This document shows, one piece after another, positions 21,486 to 32,524 of a stretch of DNA of 41,475 bases; the first letter of the stretch is position 1; each line of letters opens with the position of its first letter. Made by a program: the position numbers and the translations under genes. The DNA is taken from contig JAAPAO010000300.1 of assembly GCA_013115145.1 (NCBI GenBank), positions 1-41,475 on the forward strand. Direction: 5' to 3'. Source of the DNA: Perkinsus chesapeaki ATCC PRA-425. Lineage: Eukaryota; Protista; Perkinsozoa. The notes under the pieces are model-generated. The model searched no databases. It was not told the origin of the DNA and saw only the letters and a program-made list of their open reading frames with translations.

Positions 21486-22223
21486 TCATCTGGGAAGGCT
21501 TATGAGACTGCCAAGGAAAAGGATTTCATTTACATCTTCGTAATGCACATCATAGCCTCCTCTTTTGCCTGTCATGTTAACAGTAATATAGCCTTCATAA
21601 TTCCAAGTGACAAAGCCAGAAGGAGAAGTCATCCTAAAGAATAGATTACAAGTCGCCTTGAGGAATCTACTTCTTGCTTTGGTTCCGGCTACTAAAGTGA
21701 AGTAGGTGTATCTTGGCTTTTCTTTGTAGATGTAAGCGTGACCTCGGACGGCATCATCGGTAGCTATGGCAACTCCAATAGAGGGTACTTCTATCCTAGT
21801 ACGCAAGGAAGCGGAGAAATCAATCTCCCGTCTATGCTCCTCACTGAAGCCTCCTTCCTTTGAAATGAAGGGAATATGAAGGTCCAGATTCAGACCAACA
21901 TTACCAGCGGGAGTGAAGGCATAGGATGTATTGCCTCCGGCCCACACACCAATATTGACAGGATCCGTCCAAAATAGCTGCGATCTCGATCGAAGCGAAC
22001 GAAGCAATCCAGGGGCGTTAGATAGCAACCTCACGCCACCAGTGGATTGACGGCTGTCCCTCAAGATATACCAGCAGTAGAGACCGGGAGAAGTTACGTC
22101 CAAGCAGTCAGTTGGTTTAGTTGCGACCACTGAAATGCCCAGAGATCTGCTGCTTGCTCCAGAGCACAATTGAACCATCACCATCAGAAGAAGCTTGACG
22201 CAAATTAATAACTGGGATGACAT
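21486..22223 (-). CDS. Uncharacterised secreted protein family X, copy 1 (245 aa; internal compensated frameshift)
   Basis: Signal peptide; shares CL...G.YCWY.L, GG.RLLSN, GVWA, LHIP, TW.YE, GY.VHY with three paralogs. Confidence 0.8.
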   Translation of the reverse strand: MSSQLLICVKLLLMVMVQLCSGASSRSLGISVVATKPTDCLDVTSPGLYCWYILRDSRQSTGGVRLLSNAPGLLRSLRSRSQLFWTDPVNIGVWAGGNTSYAFTPAGNVGLNLDLHIPFISKEGGFSEEHRREIDFSASLRTRIEVPSIGVAIATDDAVRGHAYIYKEKPRYTYFTLVAGTKARSRFLKATCNLFFRMTSPSGFVTWNYEGYITVNMTGKRGGYDVHYEDVNEILFLGSLISLPR

Positions 22224-22645
22224 TGAAGGGATTATATGCCCTTGACAAAGCTGAGAAAGAAATCAATTGTTGAAGGAGTATGGAGCCTCTGACGGAATAA
22301 AAGTCTGGTACATGCGATTAGGTCTCAGGTACTATCGACTCGCACGAGTTAGACTCGGCATTTAGCTAGCCACTACATGACATGCCGCGGCGCCCTGCCA
22401 ACAAAAGAGGGCCATTGAGCCGATGGCATGGACGATACCTCCACGGTGGAGGGTACCCCTAGGGGTCCCAGTAGGATGACGCTAGCGGTTACCTTGACGC
22501 GGCTATAGATGAGGTTTTCTACTCCAAGCTTTTCTTCAAGGGTTTGGTTTGCTGGAGTGCTATAGTTCTCATGGCACTCTGTGGATTCATCCCAATGCAT
22601 CGACAAAAGTAAATAGGATTTACTATAGGAAAACTCTGTCAGTGC

Positions 22646-22667
22646 TGGAGGCTGCCTCCAGGAGGCG
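22646..22667. other. 22-bp scar (last base mismatched), inferred target TGGAGGCA
   Basis: t ggaggc t gcctcc a ggaggc g. Confidence 0.8.
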
Positions 22668-22668
22668 T

Positions 22669-22696
22669 TTGTGCGTCTGTATGCACCAACTGTGGG
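22669..22696. promoter_or_regulatory. Conserved upstream element of family X, copy 1
   Basis: TTGTGCGTCTGTATGCACCAACTGTGGG, about 450-470 bp upstream of the ATG; homologs at 24685, 27957 and 30152. Regulatory role is inferred. Confidence 0.4.
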
Positions 22697-23499
22697 ACAT
22701 GCATTGTTACAATGCTCGGTCCCATATCATGACTGGAAAATAAATTATAGCATTGAAAACAATTTAGATCTCGGAAACTAATGTGGTACGTGGCGATTTG
22801 AGATAGTCCTTAATATGTTCTGGTGCTTCGTGATTGGTACCCGCACTATCAATTGTGTGGAAAGAGACCGCAATGATGTCGATGGATCGAAACCTTGTGT
22901 TTAAGTTCGATTCAGCGCACCCTTATGCAGAGCGAGTCTTGGTTCGCAGAGTCCTGTAGGATGGATCACTGATCATATCGAATGAAGTGCATCCAATAGG
23001 TCTTGCCACCGGTGGTAGTTGACCTACTCAAGAGTACGCAAAGGTCGCCGTATGTTCATGCGGCAGCCGAACAATTTCGTACTGAGTTACGAAAAGATCG
23101 ACTTAGCTATTATTAACAACCCAACATCTTTAAGAAGACTGACGATAACAATGGGATGATTGAAGAGGCAGGACATTATTGTATTGGTCCACATGAACTT
23201 CCATAGTTCAGTTTGTCACTTGGGTGCCCTTTAGCTACAATCTAGAGGGCAAGTGAAAAGGCAACCTGGATGTGACATCGGATATGAGACTGCTTGTTGT
23301 CTATCCTCATGGCGCGACTGATGGTTGGCTATATCCTCCAGGACTGCAAGACGTGTATTATATAAGACGCCATGTAACATATACGACACTACTAGAACCG
23401 ATGGACGGCACTGCTCAGCCAAGACTACGTAAAAGTTAACAGGTACCACAGCCATAGTAGACTTGACCGTACGGAAATCCCCAGATACATAAAAAGGTT

Positions 23500-24216
23500 T
23501 TACTTAAGAGAGCCACTAAAAATAAGTAGATCTCGGTTGGTGTAATGGACATTATATCCAGCTCTCTCACCCGCAACATCAATGGTAGCATAAGCTTCAT
23601 AATGCCAAGTAACCAAGTCTTCGGAGCTAATGGTCACTGTAAGCCCACACTTCGACTCCATTAATATGTTTTTTGTAGCGGTTTCGGCAAATAAAACCAG
23701 ACGGGCGTCAGAATTTTTGTGAACAGCAGCGATTACTTTCGTCGTATCGTTTTTGCCAGTAGCACTCCCAATGAAAGGAATCTCCACAGTACTAGTCAAG
23801 GAGAAGGGGAAATCGATCTCCCATCCATTTGCGATAGCCCGACCTCCCTGCGTTGTGGCATCAGGGATGTGGAGGTTCAAGCTTAGTTTAATACCACCGA
23901 AGAGTACCGAGGTGTAGGATGTACTGCCTTGAGCCCAAACTCCAACATCGACAGGATGTCCCCCACTGTCTAAGATAGCTCCTATCTCTATCGAGATGAA
24001 CGAAGTAACCCCAGTGGCGTTGGATAGCATCCTCATACCACCATTGACTTGTTCAGTGTTTTTCAAGACATACCAACAATAGAGACCGGTAGGTTTCGTA
24101 TGCAAGCAGTTGCTTGGGCTACTGGCAACCACTGGAATGCCTAAAGCTCTGTTCTCACCGAAGCACGATTGCATCATCATCAGAAGGCCTACGCAAGATA
24201 GTACCGAGGGTAACAT
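23500..24216 (-). CDS. Uncharacterised secreted protein family X, copy 2 (238 aa)
   Basis: ATG at 24216 (MLPSVLSC...) matches the paralog starts; intronless; family motifs conserved. Confidence 0.85.
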   Translation of the reverse strand: MLPSVLSCVGLLMMMQSCFGENRALGIPVVASSPSNCLHTKPTGLYCWYVLKNTEQVNGGMRMLSNATGVTSFISIEIGAILDSGGHPVDVGVWAQGSTSYTSVLFGGIKLSLNLHIPDATTQGGRAIANGWEIDFPFSLTSTVEIPFIGSATGKNDTTKVIAAVHKNSDARLVLFAETATKNILMESKCGLTVTISSEDLVTWHYEAYATIDVAGERAGYNVHYTNRDLLIFSGSLK

Positions 24217-24684
24217 TAGAGGATGTCGCCTAAGCAAGCGTAAGGACAACTACGAAAGCAGAAGTCTATAGAAGTTATCACGTGATAGGAGCTTCATCAT
24301 GAAACAAGCGACCATTTCTTCTGAAGACTCGTGCCCGGATGAGATGGGCCTTGACTGATATTCTGAGGTTAATCTGGCAAACTCTGCCGGGACTCTAACT
24401 CGAAAAAAGATTGTTCGGCGGGGGTGGCTCCTACTAGCTGAAAACAGAGTCCGTCTTACGGACTCCGTCGTGGCGCGGCGCCTCACGAACATAAAAGCGC
24501 GCTTCACACTCACCTGATGCAGGCAGTTTCACTGGCTGCTATAATAGACTGTTCATCAAGTTATCTTTGAAATAATGTAGCCCACTTCTAGTCACTCGGT
24601 TACTATAATACTTATACTGTTTAGTCGTTCCAATGATTCACCAATAGAAAACGAAAAGAAAGAAACCAGATTCGCCAATGAGAG

Positions 24685-24712
24685 ACTTGTGCGTCCACAA
24701 ACTCCCTGTGGG
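24685..24712. promoter_or_regulatory. Conserved upstream element of family X, copy 2
   Basis: ACTTGTGCGTCCACAAACTCCCTGTGGG. Confidence 0.4.
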
Positions 24713-25732
24713 GGGAGGAGTTCCCATAATCCTGGGCCATAGATGATGTACAGGGTACAGAGGAGTATCGCTCAGCCCCAGGAACGTAGATATAGCCTGT
24801 AGCAAGTTGGATTACTGCTAAAGACTTTATAATATCATCAAGTGATTACTGCAACACTCATTGAGTTGGATTGGACGGCGCAACAGTGTCAGTCTCATGG
24901 AGATAGGCTCCATGACAGCACACTGCGACAAAGAAAAGCCGCCGATTGGCCTATTAGAGCTAACCAATAAGGAATCTCGAATTAAGAGTTGTGTCGGATG
25001 CTTTTTACTGATTCCGACTTTGAATTTCCGTGTTGGTGTGGGCAATATAACGAGCCATAATTTCTGTTAGATCAGACTTCGGTATCGAGGCATGATTGGC
25101 GAATCAATGCTTTATTTCTGTGCCAGTCGTGCACGACTTCCTGGCGTAGTTGCCACTGAGGTTGGAATATAGCGTGAAGTGACCTGGTCAATCACAAATT
25201 TGTTCTGAATAGGGTAACTGTACGGTACCGCTACCAGAAATTTATGTCGCATATTCACGAGCCTATTTGGTGAAGAAAAATGAAACTTCTAAGCTCTTAG
25301 TATTTACAGAAGTGCGCTACACATTCGCGGCAGTCTCGAAAGTGGCTCAATTACAATTCAGATAACTTGAAGGGCAAACCTCGCAGACCTTTGTGGACTT
25401 CGGTTCTCCGGTGTGTTCTCTGTGTATACCGACAAGCATCAGTGAACTATGGATCGGAATTAGTAGTCTATCGTGGTCCATGGAGATCGCCAGTATAAGC
25501 CGCTATGTGATTCAGTCTCCAAGCAGGCTCCTTGAAGAAGCCCTTTGGTGGAGAGTCAACGTGCGTATCAGAGTATACCGCGACAGTGAACGAGAGTTAT
25601 ACCTCAATCGGATATCGAGGTCTGTCTGATACTGAGGTATTCCATCTCGTGCCGAATTGGCAGTGCTGCATCAGCATATGAGACAGTATGTGAGAGATAC
25701 AGTTAAACTACAAGCTTTGGGAATGGCAGATT

Positions 25733-26402
25733 TCACTTGGCAATCATCCAAAGGAGTGTAGAAGACTTTTGCGATTCCCCGGGGCATTTCTTAGATGCCC
25801 CGAAACTTCTTTTCGCAACTCGGCTCGCTTCGTTGGGATCGATTAGGCCAGTTTCGGAGAGGTCGCGAGAGAAGGCATGAAATGTGGTCTTCTGTGGCGG
25901 GGGAAGCAGATCGCAGGATTGACAGTACCTCATAACGAAACCAATAGGTACTTCGAAGAACAATGCTCGTCAGTTCAGGTATGATTCCAATGTGTGAATC
26001 TGAAGTGGGTCAAGAGGCTTGACCCAGGCTCGACTCAAGCCTGTAACACTGTGCCAGTCCCTCTTCTGAGACCCTCCAGAGCTGCTCAGCTCCTCCAAAC
26101 GCTTTAGGAGCCCAAGCGGACAATCTTCTGCGGAGAGTACCTCGTATCGGTGATGAAGATGTCTCGACGGCCCGGCCACCGGCGTACTCTCGCGGAACAG
26201 TTTTAACTCTGTACTTATCTCAACTATATGAGACCTCGCCAGGTGGGTGTGGCAAGGCTCTGGGAAGGTGCGGCCTACCCCTGCTGAAGCGGCTCGTGAG
26301 ATTTTGGTGACACCCAGTGGTTGAGGAATTGATAAACTTGGATGCTAAAATATCTTTAATTACACGACAACTTGAACTCAAGTCTAATAACTCGGACGCC
26401 AT
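25733..26402 (-). pseudogene. Family-Y relic, unit 3
   Basis: MASELLDLSS start; fragments RDIFITDTRYSPQKIVRL and GLIDPNE...RSFGASKKC match unit 4 but lie in different frames with stops. Confidence 0.45.
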
Positions 26403-26753
26403 TCATCAAAGGCGGCATCATTCATTACCTAAAAGCTGATGACAGGGAGGCTCGAGAAAATACGTTCGCAACACTGTAGGCTATACGTACTCGTTACAGA
26501 GATGGGACATCCAACAGTCTGATCAACACAATAGAGTGAACCCACCAGACCTCAATCACACTGCCTGCGAGATCGGCGCGCATAGGTCACCTACACTAGT
26601 TGTGACACTATGCTCATGGAGAGACTATATTGAAAATCAGACTGCTCAAGTATCATACGAAAGGTTTAGACATAGTGTCGCATATGCGATACAGGGCGAA
26701 GATAGCTGTTCAGCAAGAATTTATTGATGGGGATTTTGCAAATGGCACATATG

Positions 26754-27485
26754 TTACGATTTACCCCTGAGAGAGCCAAGGAAAATGAGTAGACCAGGAT
26801 GGACGTAGTGGACATTATAGCCATCTTTTTTGCCGGCCACGTCAATAGAGACATTAGCCTCATAGTGCCACGTAATCAGGTCTTCTGAGCTGATCATAAC
26901 TGTTAGTTCGGCCATTGACTCAAGATAAGAAGTATGTGCGGCAGTTCTACCACGTAAGACTAGAGAACTGGTCTTACGGTTATTCTTGTAAACTACTGCA
27001 TGAGCACTTACACTCTCATTCTTGGCGGTTACATCGCCCACATAGGGAACGGTTACAAGAGAAGTTACGGAGGCAGGAAAATAGAGCTCCCACCCGTCCT
27101 TGAAAGCGCTGCCTCCTTTACAGTATAGTGGAATATGAAGAGTTATCTTGAGCTTAATATTGCCGATCAAGAGTGATTCATAGGATACATCACGGTTCGC
27201 CCAAACACCAATACCATTCGGATGACCTTCAGAATCTAACCCGGCAGAGAGTTCTATCGAGCTGAACGTGTGCGCGCCAGTGCCATTCGATAGCAATCTT
27301 AAACCTCCATTGACTTGACGATTGTCTCTCAAGATGTACCAACAATACGGACCAGATACGTTTTTATGTAGACACATATTGGGTTCACTGGCAACCTCGG
27401 GGATGGCCGGAAATCTAGAGTCTCGTAGGCCAAACTTTGCTATTATAAGCAGAAGAGTGATGCAGTTGGATACCGAAGATAACAT
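26754..27485 (-). CDS. Uncharacterised secreted protein family X, copy 3 (243 aa)
   Basis: Intact ATG-to-stop ORF; signal peptide; highly similar to copy 4. Confidence 0.85.
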   Translation of the reverse strand: MLSSVSNCITLLLIIAKFGLRDSRFPAIPEVASEPNMCLHKNVSGPYCWYILRDNRQVNGGLRLLSNGTGAHTFSSIELSAGLDSEGHPNGIGVWANRDVSYESLLIGNIKLKITLHIPLYCKGGSAFKDGWELYFPASVTSLVTVPYVGDVTAKNESVSAHAVVYKNNRKTSSLVLRGRTAAHTSYLESMAELTVMISSEDLITWHYEANVSIDVAGKKDGYNVHYVHPGLLIFLGSLRGKS

Positions 27486-27956
27486 TACAAGGTTATATGC
27501 GGTCTATTAAGCTAAGAAGGTGGCAAAGAGATTAAAGAGATATGAAAGTTACTCTCCACGAGAACAAAGCTTTATAAGGTCTGATCGCCAGCTTCACAGC
27601 GAAGCCTCGATCATGAAACGAACAAACCAATTCTCTCGTAGCATTGCTTCATATGAGATAGACTTCGTTTCCCTACGCTTAGTTGGAACCTTGGCCCACG
27701 AAACACCGAGGTAATGTCTTTGCTGTATTTCGAAGATCTAATGTTCGTCGGAGCTTTGACAAAATCGATCATGGCGCGGCGCGGTACCAACACGAAGGCG
27801 CCCTCTCTAGTTGGCTTTAGTGTCAGTATCAGATGATCTATGGTTCCTTTTAAACGGTGAATTGGAGCCAGAGCATAGTAATGCTCGTATTGCTGATCTT
27901 GTGAAATGCTCGACTGAGAACAAATGAAACCTGTCAAGCCTTTTCGCCTATGATGC

Positions 27957-27984
27957 ACTTGTGCGTTCGAGCACTCCCTGTGAG
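27957..27984. promoter_or_regulatory. Conserved upstream element of family X, copy 3
   Basis: ACTTGTGCGTTCGAGCACTCCCTGTGAG. Confidence 0.4.
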
Positions 27985-27991
27985 GAAAGCC

Positions 27992-28621
27992 CTATCGATT
28001 TCTAAGAGGTGAGGAAGACCTCTGTGATACTCTTCGGCACTTTTTAGATGCACCAAAACTTCTTCCGGCAACTCCCTCCTTTTCGTTGGTATAGATTAGG
28101 CCCGTCGTGGAGGGGTCGCCAGAGGAGCCGCAGAAGGTGACCTCCAATGGTGGTGGGCGCAGATCGAAGAATCGACAGCACCTCACACGAGAGTGCTCAT
28201 CGGGCAGCTTAAGAATGATCCCAGCATAGAAATCTGAAGCCGTTCGAGCCCGGAAGAATGCCCCGGTCCTTATACTGGGACCCTTCTACGTTGCTGAACT
28301 TCCAGGCGGTTCTGTGCGCTTGAGACGTCCAAGCGCACCATCCGCTGCGGACAGAACCGTGTATTGACCATGAAGATGTCTTGCCCGTTACCATCGAACT
28401 CTTGCGAAGCCCCTTATCATCGTAACTATACGATTGCTCGCCAGGTGTATGTCGCAGGGTTCTGGCAAGGCGCAGCCTATCCTTACCCAGTCTACCCTTC
28501 CGCAAGTGGCTCGCGAGGTTTTGGTGATACCTAGTGGTTCAAAAGCAAATGAACTCAAATGCTGAAATATCCTTAATTAGAAGATAACTGAACTCAAGTC
28601 GTCCCTTGCTTCGGACGCCAT
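27992..28621 (-). pseudogene. Family-Y relic, unit 4
   Basis: MASEARDDLSS start; QDIFMVNTRFCPQRMVRL and GLIYTNE...RSFGASKKC fragments; multiple stops. Confidence 0.45.
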
Positions 28622-28994
28622 GAATCAAAGGCATCATTCGTTATCCTGAATCCTAATATGTTCGCAACTCCGTAGCGATGCTATGCAGATTTGTTATAGC
28701 GACGGACCACCCATCCGTCTGAACAAGACAACCAACGAGTGGACAATAGGGCGTGTCCACACGATCCTAAGCACACTACCTGCGAGAATTATGTGCATAA
28801 ACGTGTGGAGGATTATACAGACTATGTTAATGACAGCAGCATAAGGCTGCTTGGAGTGTCATATGAAACGTATAGACATAATATCGCATATGCACTCCAA
28901 CGAGAACATATGGACAACAAAGCCAACTAGGAGCAAAACAATATTGTGCATGACTGTATCAATGGAAAATATTTCCAGGACACATTTCCCAGGC

Positions 28995-29726
28995 TTAATA
29001 TCTGAGAGAGCCGCTAAAAATGACTAAATCTGGGTGCTTGTAGTGGACATTATAGCCATCTCTTCTGCCGGCTACATCGATCAAGACATGAGCATCATAA
29101 TGCCACGTAATCAGGTCTTCCGAGCTGATCATAACTGTTAGTTCAACCATCGACTCAAGATAAGAAATATGTGCGGCAGTTCTACCACGTAAGACTAGAA
29201 AACTGCTCTCACTATTATTCTGGAACACTACTGCATGAGCACTTACACTCTCGTTCTTGGCGGTAACACTGTCAATATGGGGAACCGTCACAAAAGAAGT
29301 TACGGAGGCCGGAAAATAGAGCTCCCACCCGTCCTTGAAAGCGCTGCCTCCTTTACAGTATAGTGGAATATGAAGAGTTATCTTGAGCTTGATATCGCCG
29401 ATCAAGAGTGATTCATAGGTTGCATCACCGATAGCCCAAACACCAATATTAATCGAATGACCTTCAGCATCTAACCCGGCAGAGAGTTCTATCGAGCTGT
29501 ACGTGTGCGCGCCAGTGCCATTCGATAGCAATCTTACACCACCATTAACTTGACGATTATTTTTCAAGATGTACCAACAGTACGGGCCAGTCACTTCTCT
29601 GTGTAGGCACCTACTGGGCTCACTGGCAACCTCGGGGATGATTGGAAAGTCTCGGGTAGAATCCCGTGGGCCAAATTCAGATATTATAAGCAGAAGAGTG
29701 ATACAGGTGGATACCGAGGATAACAT
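28995..29726 (-). CDS. Uncharacterised secreted protein family X, copy 4 (243 aa)
   Basis: Intact ORF; signal peptide; family motifs conserved. Confidence 0.85.
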   Translation of the reverse strand: MLSSVSTCITLLLIISEFGPRDSTRDFPIIPEVASEPSRCLHREVTGPYCWYILKNNRQVNGGVRLLSNGTGAHTYSSIELSAGLDAEGHSINIGVWAIGDATYESLLIGDIKLKITLHIPLYCKGGSAFKDGWELYFPASVTSFVTVPHIDSVTAKNESVSAHAVVFQNNSESSFLVLRGRTAAHISYLESMVELTVMISSEDLITWHYDAHVLIDVAGRRDGYNVHYKHPDLVIFSGSLRY

Positions 29727-30014
29727 TACAAGGGTTATATGCCGTCTATTGAACTAAGAAGGCGACGAAGATTAAAGAAATATGAAAGTTACCACAAGAT
29801 GGAAATTTCATGAGAAATAGGACGATAGGCAACGACTCGTCTCCCTACGCTTTGTTGAGACTTTGGCCCAAGAAACGCCGAGGTAATATCTTTGCTGTGC
29901 TTCGAAGATCCAATGTTCGTCGGAGTTTTGACAAAATCGATCATGGCGCGGCCCATTACCAACACAAAGGCGCCCTCTCTAGGTAGCCTTAGTGTCAGAT
30001 GATCTATGGGTTCC

Positions 30015-30036
30015 TCTTTAAGTTAAAGACTTTAAC
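30015..30036. other. Perfect 22-bp inverted-triplication scar, inferred target TCTTTAAC
   Basis: t ctttaa g ttaaag a ctttaa c; the paralogous unit has a single 8-mer TTTTAAAC at 27848-27855. Confidence 0.95.
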
Positions 30037-30151
30037 GGAAAATCGATACTAGAGTATCGTAATGCTCATACGGTTGATCCCTTACAATGCTAGACTTAGT
30101 CGAATCCGCTACGACTAAGTAAAACTCATCAAGCCTATTCGTCTATGGGAC

Positions 30152-30179
30152 GCTTGTGCGTTCGTACACTCACTGTGGG
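30152..30179. promoter_or_regulatory. Conserved upstream element of family X, copy 4
   Basis: GCTTGTGCGTTCGTACACTCACTGTGGG. Confidence 0.4.
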
Positions 30180-32524
30180 GAGAGTCTCCCCAGAATCCTC
30201 ATTGTTAGACGATGCCCAGGATATAGAGGCTCACGGGCTACATGCTACCCCTTGTTAAGCAGCCCAACAAACTTAGGTAAAGTACGGAGCAAGTAAGAGT
30301 ATTGCTCACTACTTAAGGGCACATCAATGGTGGTTAGATAACCTTTATTGCAATACTAATTGTGTGGAATGGGGCAGCAATAAAAGATTGTGATAGTATC
30401 GTTTCAGAGCATTTGTATCCCGTAGAACGGGAGAGTATAATGGAATCCCATGCGTGCAGTGCAATGCACACTGCACATTGTACTGCGCCGTTTCGAGGGT
30501 TTCTCTCCCTTCCTCGCGAAACGCACCTACATGCGGAACACTTCACTGCAATGCGTGCAGAGATTGCGGGATATCGCTGCTCAACGCAACCGGACGCTGC
30601 TACGTAAGACGAAACAGAGAAACACCAACCCCGCATTAATGGCGGTATAGAAAGTCAAAGTTTATAAATATTCGTCAGGCACACACAGCTCTATGAGGTC
30701 TCCCGATAATAGTAGGCATTTTGCATGTTAATGCTCGTGTCGTATATCTCGCGCAATGCACTTCACATTTCACGCTGTGCGCGCAACGACAGCAGTAGCG
30801 ATTTGCAGTGCAAACTTTGGACTCGTGGAAATGTGCGAGGTGCAGTGAAAGCATCGCACTTCAAGCAAATCAGGCTTTCCAATCCAATGCGGGTGCATTT
30901 CCAATAATATCGGTATACTCTCAGTGCTGCTATATCATACGGCCTATATGAGTATCGCTGAGTTATGGGACAGTAATAGCATAATCGGTGCCACGATGAT
31001 CGTGGCATGGTCCACGATCAAGGTACCATTCTGCACAGCATGTTCAAGCTTAATCGGACTTGATATATCGTCTCCTGGGTCACTCAAGTTGAGTGTAATT
31101 GCGAGTTCCGCAAAAAGGTGCCAAACCCCTAGATACGGCCCATGTCACATGGAGGAGTAGGCTGGCGAGAAGCCGCTATTCTTCCTTCCGAGAACGCCCA
31201 ATAAGAAATCCCCCTAGTAGGGGCCCCTTCACGGCAAAGCCCCGTCCGGACTAATTGCTCGACACGGGCGATCACTGTTCCCTTCCAGTGATCACGATGA
31301 AGTTGTCCGCCGTCACCGCCAGCCCGTCGTACGGCACGAGGATATTGACGCATACGAAAGCGGAAGCGGAGACTAGAACGAGGACATATACGAGAAAGGA
31401 AACAGAAAATGAAACGAGCCTTAATTCCGAATCGCGACGAATCCAACTCAGCGACGACACAAGGCTTGAACGAAGAGGACAGGTCATTCACTATATGTGG
31501 TACCACCACAGTGGTAGCTGTGCAACCTTCAAGGATGAACCTTGAGATCTAGCGATTAGAAGTAGTAACACTAAATATCTGAGGACGGTTTACGTAGATG
31601 GATACCCTCTGGAACTCCTTTCTACAACCTGAGCGCCCCAAGCCCAGACGTGGGCTAGTATAAGGGCATTAATCCACGTTGACCAGGCAATAACGCGTAA
31701 ACACGAATTGACAACAAAAAGGCACATCAGTTACACTCCTCGAAGCCTATCGTCATCGTATCGATCCTGTAGTAAAAAACTGTCAACAAGCTTTTCATAT
31801 TCTTTCCTCAAACTTGTTTCTCTTGTTCGCTCCAAATGCTTGTAGGCAATGGAGCATCGGCTCTCGTCGTCGAAAATGACGAGCAAAGTCGAAGTTGGTG
31901 ACATCTTCACCCTTAACTGACCTAAAGTGCACAGCAAAATCTTCATAGAGCGGCAAAGATATCTTACAAGGTTGATCTCGGACGCATGATACTTCTGTTA
32001 CCGCCATCGATCCCACATAGCGTACAATGCCGTATCCAGGGCATGTTCGTTCAGGAGCGGTGAGCAGGAAAACTGTGTCCCAAAGAATCAGGTACAGAGA
32101 CTCTGCGGACTTCATCTGACTCTGACTCGGCACTGACGCATCTTCCAACTTCACGCATTTGCAACTCAGTCGGTCGGACTTGCCTGAAGCACCATCTTAG
32201 TGAACCGCCCAACTATTGCAACCCGAATGCCAGTAGTTGACGAAGCACTTCAGAGAAATCAAGTAAGTTACCAAACGAACTTCTACCTACCTAAATCGAG
32301 AGCGCTGCCTTCGGGCCATCCACTAGTTTCAGCTCCAGCTGCACAGCCGGTAGTCTCCGACTTGACACCAGGTAGTAGTTGTTCTCTCAACAACTTAACA
32401 TAATCAATAGCATATTGAACAGGAGCGCTCGTGGGGTTCGGCGGAGGTAGCAGGGTTGGTCGACCAGGAGGGATGCCGGCCAGTGTCGAAACTAACATTG
32501 AGGAACCTGACAGGGATAACATTG

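Larger units (their letters stand above)
25740..30190. repeat. Tandem segmental duplication of ~2.2-kb Y+X units (about 25740-27990 and 27995-30190)
   Basis: Colinear similarity across the Y relic, intergenic DNA, X CDS and ~450 bp of upstream flank. Confidence 0.9.

Noticed and set aside
26818-26827. Perkinsus spliced-leader relic (TAGCCATCTT; a similar match near 29054)
   Set aside because: Only 9-10 nt, and it is the antisense of conserved codons (DGY) inside family X CDSs.
30177-30191. GGGGAGA-G-TCTCCCC as an excision scar
   Set aside because: No third copy, and unit 2 has a similar-length G-rich/C-rich sequence at the homologous position, so it looks ancestral rather than inserted.
31731-32522. 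CAP-Gly domain (GIVRYVG) or gag-like pseudogene
   Set aside because: The GKNDG/GVELD CAP-Gly motifs are absent and frames are fragmented; no family could be supported.
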